Origin: SAR202 cluster bacterium AG-426-M11
GTDB lineage: Bacteria; Chloroflexota; Dehalococcoidia; Lucifugimonadales; UBA826
Direction of reading: 5' to 3'
NCBI GenBank assembly: GCA_003213095.1
Contig: QCNV01000004.1
Location: forward strand, 4,949 to 68,948
DNA length: 64,000 nt
This document shows, in pieces, positions 32,701 through 40,787 of the stretch. Both the position numbers and the translations under genes were made by a program. Every line of letters begins with the position of its first letter. Within the stretch, counting starts at the first letter, position 1. The notes beneath the pieces were generated by a model that saw nothing but the letters and a program-made list of their open reading frames with translations, ran no database searches and was not told the origin of the DNA.

Positions 32701-35191
32701 TTGAGGGAGTTGATATTTCTGTATCAATAGTAATTTTTAATGGAATTTCGCTTTCAGTTACATTACCTACAGCATCAGTAGATCTAGCTGTAATTTCATG
32801 AGACCCTTCATCAAGAGGCTCAGATTTTATTGACCATTTACCAGATTCTGAGACAGTAGTCTCACCTATAACTTGTCCACGAGTATTTAATAGCTCAATT
32901 TTAATTCCAGGAGAAGATTTGCCTTCAAAAACTGGAGAAGGATTTTTAGTAATGTTATCCGAATTTGATTCACCGGAATCATCTCTAGACATCAAATCAA
33001 CATCTGAAGGGGCACTAGCAGTAGATTCAATTTTAACAAAAACGGGCTCAGAAAGATCACTTTGATTACCAGCCACATCTTGTGATCGTGCAATAATCAC
33101 ATACTCTCCATCTGATAAGGTTTCAGAAATAATAGACCATAGACCTGTATTTCCAGCTGTAGTTGAGCCCAAAACGAGACCATCGCCATCTACAAGTTCT
33201 ATGTATGCCAGAGGGTCAGCTATACCAGTAAATTCTGGATTCAAGCTTGATGTAAGGTCATCAGTACTTGAAGCGCCCGTATCAGTTTCTCTAGTCATGT
33301 CAGGTTTTGAAGGAGAAGTAATAGATCTATCTACTGTCACCATTAAAACAGGAGAAGGTTCGCTAAAAACATCATTATCATTCAATATTTTTGTATAAAT
33401 TTGATGTTCCCCTTCAGATATATCAGAATTAGAAATGGTACATATACCAGTTTCTTGATAAGAATTCGATCCTGGGAGACATTCTCCAAGAAATATATCG
33501 TTACCTCTGTAAAAAATTACTTCATCAGATTCTGGATTTATATTTGGATGTTCAACCGAAAGATAAATTGTATTTGCGTTAGTAATGTTATCTGTGTCAG
33601 ATTGCCCAGTATCGGAAGAAGTAGGATCATCAAAATTCACTATGTTCGGATTAAGATACGGAATTCCTGAAGCTATAGGCATAGTGGCGTCAAATTGGGT
33701 GATATTAAACACATAATCACCTACACCACCGCCACTATATAATCTAATTGTGTAAGTACCTGTTTGACGAATAGTCCATTCTGAAATCCTTGCGTTGTAA
33801 TTGCCCCCAGAATCATCATCTGAGACTTCGATTTTCCCTTTTGGATCCAATAGCTCTATATACGCATCTACATCTCCAGTACTAGCACCTATCATTGAAA
33901 AATTGAATATCTGACCTTCAACACCTTCAAATGGAATTTCATGAACTTCATTAGAATCTTCAAACACAGAAATCAATTCTTCGTCAATACTCATAGGGTC
34001 TTTAGAAATTATTACTTCTCCCTGTTTTGGTTCTGAAGATGAAACAACAGGGTCGGAAGGAGTTGGTAATGGTTCTGGAATAATCGCGGGTGCAGGTTGT
34101 TGTGGTAACGTTGGTTCCGGTATAGATGCTTGAGGTGGTACCGAAGAAGAATCAGCTCCAGTAGCTAAACCTACAGTATCGCCTTGATTCAAAAAGAAAA
34201 ACCCTCCGCCACCTGCTACTAATAAAACTACTATTCCAACTACTGCCAAAACAGGCATAGGAACAGGAGAGTTAGATTTTGCAGAAGATTTAGCTGGAGT
34301 GGCTGGAGTTTTTGCCATTACTTGAGTTCCTAACCCCTTAGGCATTACTCTAGTTCTTGCTACGGTAGCAGGACCTTCAGATAAAATTTTTTCTACTTTT
34401 TCTAACTCAGTAATTAATTCTTCTGCTGATTGAAATCTATTCTCATTATCTTTTGCCAACGATTTCAATAATGTTTCTTCTAATTCAGGAGGGAATTCAT
34501 CTAAATAATCATTTAATGGAGGGGGTTCATTATTCATATGCCCGTTTAAAATATCAAAATCACTTTTACCATTGAATGGGGGTTCAGCCGTAAGCATTTG
34601 ATATAAAACACAGCCCAAAGAATATATATCTGTCCTTGAATCTACTCCTTCACCCTGAATTTGCTCGGGGGACATATATAAAGGGGTACCGACTGTGGCA
34701 TTAGCATTAGTCACTTTTGATAAAACTTCTGCTGAAGCTATTCCGAAATCAATTAACTTTACATCACCACTGTCAGTAATAAGCACATTAGCCGGTTTAA
34801 TATCTCTATGGGTTATTCCAGAAGAGTGAGAAACAGCAAGTGCTGCAGCAACCTGTTTTGTCACTGCGACAGCTCTTTGAATAGGAAGTTTTCCACCTCT
34901 TTCTAAAATTCTTTCCAAGTTTTCTGTAACGAATTCTGTGACAATATAATGTTGACCATTCTCTTCTCCATGATCAAACACTTGGATAATATTAGGATGC
35001 TGAATGGTAGCAAGTATTGAAGCTTCTCTTTGAAATCTCTCTAGAAATTCTCCATCGCTGATTGAAGCAGACAAAACTTTAACAGCCACAATTTGACCAG
35101 AAGCAGGATCTTGGGCTCTGTAAACAGCTCCCTGACCACCTTCACCTATAAGGTCTAGTATCTGATAACCACCAATCTCATTTAATTGCAT
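29744..35191 (-). CDS. Transmembrane Hanks-type Ser/Thr kinase with PPC-like domain and many bacterial Ig-like repeats (1815 aa)
   Basis: GEGGQG, VAVK, HRDIKPAN, DFG, GTPLYMSPE, one TM helix (VLAVVGIVVLLVAGGGGFFFL), repeated DTGxSxxDNIT Ig-like units. Confidence 0.93.
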   Translation of the reverse strand: MQLNEIGGYQILDLIGEGGQGAVYRAQDPASGQIVAVKVLSASISDGEFLERFQREASILATIQHPNIIQVFDHGEENGQHYIVTEFVTENLERILERGGKLPIQRAVAVTKQVAAALAVSHSSGITHRDIKPANVLITDSGDVKLIDFGIASAEVLSKVTNANATVGTPLYMSPEQIQGEGVDSRTDIYSLGCVLYQMLTAEPPFNGKSDFDILNGHMNNEPPPLNDYLDEFPPELEETLLKSLAKDNENRFQSAEELITELEKVEKILSEGPATVARTRVMPKGLGTQVMAKTPATPAKSSAKSNSPVPMPVLAVVGIVVLLVAGGGGFFFLNQGDTVGLATGADSSSVPPQASIPEPTLPQQPAPAIIPEPLPTPSDPVVSSSEPKQGEVIISKDPMSIDEELISVFEDSNEVHEIPFEGVEGQIFNFSMIGASTGDVDAYIELLDPKGKIEVSDDDSGGNYNARISEWTIRQTGTYTIRLYSGGGVGDYVFNITQFDATMPIASGIPYLNPNIVNFDDPTSSDTGQSDTDNITNANTIYLSVEHPNINPESDEVIFYRGNDIFLGECLPGSNSYQETGICTISNSDISEGEHQIYTKILNDNDVFSEPSPVLMVTVDRSITSPSKPDMTRETDTGASSTDDLTSSLNPEFTGIADPLAYIELVDGDGLVLGSTTAGNTGLWSIISETLSDGEYVIIARSQDVAGNQSDLSEPVFVKIESTASAPSDVDLMSRDDSGESNSDNITKNPSPVFEGKSSPGIKIELLNTRGQVIGETTVSESGKWSIKSEPLDEGSHEITARSTDAVGNVTESEIPLKITIDTEISTPSKPDLSDESDTGQSDSDNVTTDTSPTFKGTSDPTTLIELFVGSAVIGTGYSNSRGIWSITTEGMFGKQEVYAVATDRAGNESSSSSELLVEVLVQGVGQSSAPQLVASSDSGRYSYDGITNESTPSFTGNAKPDVNVTLFDTRGNELGSSTVRSNGVWTLQSSYINDGKHDVYVILTDEAGNEGDPSPSSTVNIDTQAPSGLRQPILFEEGDSDSPTIIGGTFTEEALIEVVTSDGYFIGETEVEGSSWDLEIFSLQPGDYLIQYFATDIAGNMSQISPGLPIIIKGQSIQQPEINSIEGSTENGTWGSSYDSTFTDGWISISGTSEPFHRIEIFDSSNGRLIGESFSDFNGNWYSQNFDFLSIGKYSIYAISYDPDDGFLSIPSEDYNFEIIPSPPPSAPSKLSMVYWDNDSQRELTGTNTSERFPCFRGQADQFTEVVLQSEFGEIGRGWSDYGQWNICPQSEMPIGEYAVWAYSYDPDDRQRISDDSDYLYIEIFVETLQPPSGLSMVFWDNDARTQITGTSTSERFPCFRGQADQFTEVVLQSEFGEIGQGWSDYGEWNICSKSEMPIGEYAIWAYSYDPGDPQRVSDDSDYLYIEITSENINAPRDLTMYYFDNDSGREVNAKTITRFQDPFFRGFADSNSEVILWGNGRQLGKGYADYQGSWTIYPNGELEVGSYEIWAESVMMDQYSNNQIYSEPSETLFIEVTEEIRNAPVIGGMISEGEFTSTSYSPNVSFEGKLDLGNNSGGAYIDLYTSDGTFIGGTFISQFDGNYWNIDDIYLEPGKYQLYAIAYYENGGNSEPSDYLSIEIMSQNSGFNQSSNFNNRGGGFTSIGDWSGKTGTVSVYDSNDIFIEGLAPFFWSITSANAQNAYFYPNANLVAGINSSGCFSGNSGYKNFDNVDLLVDANNHEFSSTYTIGICTQESSNSSELMLMFNPGTNQYGLLEFAAISNSNLILNYWVGDPGVTNFSGAPQVYESDFGR
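30900..31502 (-). repeat. Tandem 312-bp (104-aa) domain duplication inside the kinase ectodomain
   Basis: Two copies of SERFPCFRGQADQFTEVVLQSEFGEIG...SDDSDYLYIEI, near-identical at DNA level and offset by 312 bp. Confidence 0.9.
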
Positions 35192-35382
35192 AACATTTTT
35201 CTATTTTTATTGTGCCAATTGATTTATCAAAGTTTATAGAACATTTTATTACACTCATTGAATAACGAACAGACAAATTACTACAGAGTGGTGACACCTA
35301 CTCAATTCAAGTGTAACTACTTGAATTTTTTTTAGATTTTAACAAAAATAGACTATATAAAATCAAATTAGGATTTAAACCA

Positions 35383-36039
35383 ATGGATAATAGTTCTGAT
35401 TTAATAAAAATTATCATCGCAGATGATCATGCAATTTTTAGAGCAGGAATTATCAAAGTGCTGAATCTAGATTCTCAATTCCAAATTATAGGTGAAGCCA
35501 CAAACGGTTTAGACGCTATTTCATTAATCAATAATTTGTCACCAGATGTAGCACTCCTAGACATCAAAATGCCTGGAAAAACAGGAATTGAAATTGTTAG
35601 AGAATTAAACACAATCAACTCGTCTACAAAATGTTTGGTTTTGACAAACTACGATGACCCAGAATATATCCTAGATGCTATAGGTGAAGGTGCAAATGGC
35701 TATGTATTAAAAACTATTGAACCATCAAATCTAATAGATAGCGTTAAGGCTGTATCTGAAGGTGAAATAGTTTTAGATCCCGCAATAGCAACCTTAGTAG
35801 CAAAACTATGGCGCCAAAGACAGTCTCCCAATAATGATATTGTAGGAATAAAATCTCTTACAGACCGAGAAAAAGAAACTTTAGAGTTAGCATGTGGGGG
35901 ATTACGAAACAAAGATATTTCCAGTGAAATGGGTATTAGCGTAAGAACTGTAGAAGGTCATTTCAATAGAATTTTTTCTAAATTAGGCGTTTCTTCAAGA
36001 ACTGAAGCTGTGTTACAAGCAGTTTCAGAAAATGTTTAA
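35383..36039 (+). CDS. NarL/LuxR-family response regulator
   Basis: IIADDH, LLDIKMP, YVLK, LTDREKE...SVRTVEGH...KLGVSSRTEA. Confidence 0.95.
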   Translation: MDNSSDLIKIIIADDHAIFRAGIIKVLNLDSQFQIIGEATNGLDAISLINNLSPDVALLDIKMPGKTGIEIVRELNTINSSTKCLVLTNYDDPEYILDAIGEGANGYVLKTIEPSNLIDSVKAVSEGEIVLDPAIATLVAKLWRQRQSPNNDIVGIKSLTDREKETLELACGGLRNKDISSEMGISVRTVEGHFNRIFSKLGVSSRTEAVLQAVSENV

Positions 36040-36040
36040 T

Positions 36041-36826
36041 TTATAACTTGAAAATTTTAGAGAAAAAACCACTTTTATTTTTACCCGTAGTAACACATCC
36101 AACCAAAACAGTAATATTATCTGTTCCGCCATTCTGATTTGCTAACTGAATTAATAGATTTGGAGTTTCAGCAAGTTCTTTTTTAATCAGAGTATCTTGA
36201 ATCACATGATCTGATACCAACCCAGACAAACCATCAGAACAAACTAATACTACATCACCTTCATATATATCCATTGAAGTTACATCAACCTCTACTTCAG
36301 AGTTCAATCCAATTGCTCTTGTGATTACATTATTTCTAGGATGGTTGATAGCATCTTCAGGCTTAATAATGCCCAATGCAACCTGCTCTGCAACCCAGCT
36401 ATGATCTTGAGTAATTTGAATAATTTTTTCAGATCTCAAAAGATATGCTCTACTATCTCCTACATGAGCATAAAACAATCTATTGTCATAAAACAGAACT
36501 GAAGTAAATGTTGTACCCATACCTAAAGTTTCAGATTCTTTAGACTTTTCATAGACTTTAAAATTTGCGTGCTTTAAAGAATTTATAAGATGTTCTTCAA
36601 TACGATTAGATTTTAATATTTTAAAATTTTCAACAAAATATCTTACAGACAATTCACTTGCTACTTCTCCAGCTTCATGGCCTCCCATTCCATCTGCAAC
36701 AACTAACAAAGTGTAATCTTTTTGTTTGTCAGCATGATGAATAAAATAATAATCCTCATTGTGATCTCTTACGAGACCTACATCTGTAGCACCATGTGAT
36801 TCAACAACGAATTGCGTTTTTTTCAT
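36041..36826 (-). CDS. PP2C/Stp1-family Ser/Thr protein phosphatase
   Basis: TDVGLVRDHNED, VADGMGG, HVGDSRAY, CSDGL, GGTDNIT. Confidence 0.95.
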   Translation of the reverse strand: MKKTQFVVESHGATDVGLVRDHNEDYYFIHHADKQKDYTLLVVADGMGGHEAGEVASELSVRYFVENFKILKSNRIEEHLINSLKHANFKVYEKSKESETLGMGTTFTSVLFYDNRLFYAHVGDSRAYLLRSEKIIQITQDHSWVAEQVALGIIKPEDAINHPRNNVITRAIGLNSEVEVDVTSMDIYEGDVVLVCSDGLSGLVSDHVIQDTLIKKELAETPNLLIQLANQNGGTDNITVLVGCVTTGKNKSGFFSKIFKL

Positions 36827-36924
36827 TCCTGTTTCCCAATTAAAGTATTTATACAATAATTAATTAATCTTATTACGTTCTACATTGTTATAATAGTGGA
36901 AAAATTGAAGAAATAAATTTACAT

Positions 36925-37848
36925 ATGTTTTCAAATTTATCTTACATAATAGATGTTATAGTTTTCTCTCTCTCTTTATTAATCATTATGGGAGCAGTGA
37001 GTTCTTTAGTTCTATTAGTATGGAAATTATCTAAAGACAAAGAGAAACAATCTTCATTGCAAATCATAGAAGAGATCAAAAATTCGCCTAACCTTCAGCC
37101 ACAAACAACAAATCTAACTGTTTCAAACTCTGAAATTCAACAAAGAGAAATGACTTTGGAAGTAGCAAAAAATCTTCTTGAAAGAGAAGGGTTCAAAATT
37201 TCCACACAAAGTGAAAAACAAACAAATTCCAGATCAACTGTTCCAACTGTATCCAACTCAAACTTTTCACAGAATCTTCCTACAAATCATCCTGCATTTA
37301 TGTTGTTAAAAACTGGGAATGTCCACATGAAACATGGAGATTTCCCAGCTGCTATAAAAGATTTTAGCGATGCATTAATACTAAATCCGTCTTATGCTGG
37401 TGCGTACAATGCAAGAGGTATGGCTAACCGCAAAATGAAAGATTTTCAGTCAGCACTTCAAGACTACAATTCAGCCTTAAAATTACACAATAATCTAGCT
37501 GCAGCTTATAACAATCGTGGAGTAATATTCATGGAAATCAGACAATTTGAAGCTGCTTTAAAAGACTTCGATAAAGCTTTAGATTTAGAACCTCAAAATT
37601 CATACGGTTATTCTAATAGAGCTGTAGCGTACAATTACATGCGAGATTTCAATAAAAGTATTAGTGAAAGTACTAGAGCGGTAGAGATCAATCCCCATTT
37701 GCCAGAGGCATATGTAGTCAGGGGAATCGCAAAAATCCAGATTGGAGCCAATCAGGCTGCAACATTAGATTTTGACGTTGCTGAATCATTGGGCTACAAA
37801 AGAGTTGATATAGAAGATCGTCTTAATGCGATTAAACAATCCATTTAA
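36925..37848 (+). CDS. Membrane-anchored TPR protein
   Basis: N-terminal TM helix and several TPRs (AYNARG, AYNNRG, YSNRA, AYVVRG). Confidence 0.88.
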   Translation: MFSNLSYIIDVIVFSLSLLIIMGAVSSLVLLVWKLSKDKEKQSSLQIIEEIKNSPNLQPQTTNLTVSNSEIQQREMTLEVAKNLLEREGFKISTQSEKQTNSRSTVPTVSNSNFSQNLPTNHPAFMLLKTGNVHMKHGDFPAAIKDFSDALILNPSYAGAYNARGMANRKMKDFQSALQDYNSALKLHNNLAAAYNNRGVIFMEIRQFEAALKDFDKALDLEPQNSYGYSNRAVAYNYMRDFNKSISESTRAVEINPHLPEAYVVRGIAKIQIGANQAATLDFDVAESLGYKRVDIEDRLNAIKQSI

Positions 37849-38386
37849 AATTAGCAAGAAATCTACCTTACTGATATCAATTATATTTTCTGCAATTGTA
37901 TCTATAGATTTCAACACATCGATTTATGAAAACATATATTTATTTCTAAATTTATCAATAATTTTTTGGGGATTAATAGTACTAGGAATTTCAGATTATT
38001 CCTCTAATAAAATTTCAAACAAAATCATCTTAATGTTAATTTCTATTAGCCTGATATTTAGCGCTATTGATTTACAAAATAATTCATTTACATTAGACAA
38101 CCAATCTCTTCTAATACATATAAGCGGCGGAATACTAGGATTTACTGTTTTTTTGGTGGTTTATCTTCTCCCAAAACAAATATTAGGAGGTGGAGATGTA
38201 AAACTGGCAGGGTTAATTGGAATAATTACAGGATTCCCAATGGTCACCATAGTCCTATTGTTAGGATTATTTAGTTGTGTGATTATAGAACGAATCAAAA
38301 ACACATCTTCATCTATTCCTTTAGGATTCTACCTAGTAATAATCACTATAATCTATTTAGGAATATTTAATATTTTCTTTCAATAA
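37826..38386 (+). CDS. A24-family prepilin/pre-archaellin peptidase (short form)
   Basis: ISDYSSNKISN (first Asp) and LGGGDVKL (GxGD), multiple TM helices. Confidence 0.82.
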   Translation: MRLNNPFKISKKSTLLISIIFSAIVSIDFNTSIYENIYLFLNLSIIFWGLIVLGISDYSSNKISNKIILMLISISLIFSAIDLQNNSFTLDNQSLLIHISGGILGFTVFLVVYLLPKQILGGGDVKLAGLIGIITGFPMVTIVLLLGLFSCVIIERIKNTSSSIPLGFYLVIITIIYLGIFNIFFQ

Positions 38387-39479
38387 TTTCTTGTGTCAAT
38401 TTATCGGAATTCCTAGTAATTGGAATATTCCCTACGACAGAAGTACCAGAACCTAATTTAGAAACTACATCGACATTGCCTCCAACTCTTTCAGCTCGTA
38501 ATTTCAAATTCAAAAGTCCGAAGTGTCCTGCTTGAGGAACATTTGAAATATTATCTTCTTCAAATCCAATTCCATCATCTTGAATTTCAAAATCAATACT
38601 CTTTTCATTCCAAATAATAGATATAACCACCATTTCAGCTTTTGCATGTTTAAGTGAATTTAACAAAGCTTGACGAACAATATGAAAAATATCTTTTGAT
38701 ACGGGTCCAGGTAATTTATCTTGATCTAAATTTGACCTATAAATAATTTTAGTATCACCTTTTGTAGGATTTAAATCAATATTTTGAAGTAAAGCTACTA
38801 TAGCACTATCTAATCCAGTCAAAGCTAAATCATCATGACCTTTTTCTTTTACTAATTGTCTCAAATTTTGATCTGCATTTTTCACCATACTTACAATTTC
38901 ATCAACTTGATCTAATAAAGCTGAATCAGAAGATAATGTGTATTTCATTAAACCTAAATTCATCAGAATAGCACTAAGTTCACTCATAGTTTGATCATGT
39001 AAATCTGCAGCTAATTCTTTACGCATATCTTCTCGGCCTTGCTCAATCGCATCAAACTGCTCTATTCTTCTGAGCCTGTAGGCTAAAATTTGAGCTATTC
39101 TCTTTAAAAAGTTCTGCGAAATTTCAGGGTGATCAACAGATAATTTATCAAAAGAGTCTCTTGAAATCCTAAATAGGGAGCATTCAGTTCTCGCAATCAC
39201 TCTCGCAGTACGGGGGTTGGAGTCTAAAAATGCTATTTCACCAATAATAGACCCCGGTTTAATCCAAGCAACTGTAATCCATAAATCATTGACCTTTATT
39301 TCAACTAATGCCTCGCCTTTAACAAGTAAATCTAAGTTAGTAGAAATCTCTCCATAATCAACGATAATTTGATCTGATGAAACTATAACTTCGTTTCCAT
39401 AATCATTGAGAGATTCAATCAAATTTCCCATTTCATCAACTGAAAATATAGGCTCATCCAGTGAATTTTGCATTTCCAC
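38367..39479 (-). CDS. Soluble histidine kinase with N-terminal cyclic-nucleotide-binding domain (HisKA_3 type)
   Basis: GEIAFLDSNPRTARV phosphate-binding cassette, H-box ELAADLHD, NSLKHA, QDDGIGF, GHFGLLNL. No TM helix. Confidence 0.92.
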   Translation of the reverse strand: MEMQNSLDEPIFSVDEMGNLIESLNDYGNEVIVSSDQIIVDYGEISTNLDLLVKGEALVEIKVNDLWITVAWIKPGSIIGEIAFLDSNPRTARVIARTECSLFRISRDSFDKLSVDHPEISQNFLKRIAQILAYRLRRIEQFDAIEQGREDMRKELAADLHDQTMSELSAILMNLGLMKYTLSSDSALLDQVDEIVSMVKNADQNLRQLVKEKGHDDLALTGLDSAIVALLQNIDLNPTKGDTKIIYRSNLDQDKLPGPVSKDIFHIVRQALLNSLKHAKAEMVVISIIWNEKSIDFEIQDDGIGFEEDNISNVPQAGHFGLLNLKLRAERVGGNVDVVSKLGSGTSVVGNIPITRNSDKLTQEIIERKY

Positions 39480-39489
39480 TCATTTTCAC

Positions 39490-40158
39490 CTATTGGGCTG
39501 AGGATTGATTATATAAATTGACGCAATGATCCAAAAATGCGACACCAACGCTAGGCTGCAAATTTTCAGAAATTTGGATACCCAATGATTCTGCAATTAC
39601 CTGCAATTCTTTTTCCAATTGATTTAAAGTTATGTCTAATTCATTAGAAATTTCATTTAAATCCATACCATTACAATTTAAAGCTATGATTTCCAATTGT
39701 TGATCAGTGAAATTACTATTCGATGAATCTGAATGCCGATTATAATATCCAATTAATTTTTCAACTAAAACTTTATCTAAAACAAAATATCTTTGCTGAA
39801 CCAAATTCACAGTCCTAATCAACTCTCCAATATCATCTAGTGAGCTTTTTAAAACATACGCTTTTGCAATAGGATCATCGCCAATCAAATCTTGAATATA
39901 TGTCCAATCATCATAAGCAGAGACTATTACTATTCCAATTTCTGGAGATTGGCTTCTTATCAATTTACTTGCAGAAATCCCATCTAGTTTAGGCATTCGG
40001 ACATCTAAAACAGCAACATCTATTTTATGTTCAGAAATTGCTTCCACAGCTTGTAACCCATCTTCTACAACTGAAGATACATCAAAATTGATAGATAGAA
40101 CTCTTTTATATAAAGATCTTATGGGTTCCGAATCATCGGCTATTAAAATTTTTGACAT
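39490..40158 (-). CDS. Response regulator, REC domain plus degenerate LuxR-type HTH
   Basis: ILIADD, VLDVRMP, VSAY, YVLK. C-terminal FTDQQLEII...NEISNEL. Confidence 0.88.
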   Translation of the reverse strand: MSKILIADDSEPIRSLYKRVLSINFDVSSVVEDGLQAVEAISEHKIDVAVLDVRMPKLDGISASKLIRSQSPEIGIVIVSAYDDWTYIQDLIGDDPIAKAYVLKSSLDDIGELIRTVNLVQQRYFVLDKVLVEKLIGYYNRHSDSSNSNFTDQQLEIIALNCNGMDLNEISNELDITLNQLEKELQVIAESLGIQISENLQPSVGVAFLDHCVNLYNQSSAQ

Positions 40159-40163
40159 AAACC

Positions 40164-40772
40164 TTACTTTTTAGAAAGTAATTCATATACTTCTAATAAT
40201 TCTTGTTTGAGCTGTTCGATAGTGACTGTACCATGTTTATCTAATAGCTGTCCCACTTGAGGACGTACTTCAATTTTATCGGCAAACAGATCATCCATCT
40301 CACTTGAATCCTCATCAATAATTTCTGATACTTGAATTTCTTCAAATTCTTCATCAGAGTCTTCTTCTGAATCTGATTCTTCATCAGATGAGACTGATAC
40401 TGTTTTAAGATTTTTAGGTTTTTCAAAATTTGGAGTAACTGATGTCGCAGTAGATTCGGGACTAAGATCTTCAGCATCGATAATATTAATATCAGAATCT
40501 GAGTCTATACCTGCAGATTCAGATTGATCAGCTTCATCAACTTTCAATACAGGTTCGAATACATCTTCATAAATTTCAGGATCTAATTCACTCAAATCCC
40601 AAAGAGCTTCGGTATTGTTTGATGGATCTGTATCGTCAAACTTTTCTTCAATTATTTCAGAATCCAATCCATCTAAATCTGGTGTATCTTCTTTTTTGCC
40701 TCCAGTAATACCACTATCTATCTTCTTCATTACGTCGCCAAATTTATCGTAAATAGTTCTTCTTACATCCAT
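40164..40772 (-). CDS. Highly acidic archaellum-operon-associated protein
   Basis: D/E-rich disordered core with a short helical C-terminus (DDLF...VTIEQLKQELLEV). Lies 15 bp after arlJ. Confidence 0.6.
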   Translation of the reverse strand: MDVRRTIYDKFGDVMKKIDSGITGGKKEDTPDLDGLDSEIIEEKFDDTDPSNNTEALWDLSELDPEIYEDVFEPVLKVDEADQSESAGIDSDSDINIIDAEDLSPESTATSVTPNFEKPKNLKTVSVSSDEESDSEEDSDEEFEEIQVSEIIDEDSSEMDDLFADKIEVRPQVGQLLDKHGTVTIEQLKQELLEVYELLSKK

Positions 40773-40787
40773 TTATTTTTTCTCCTA

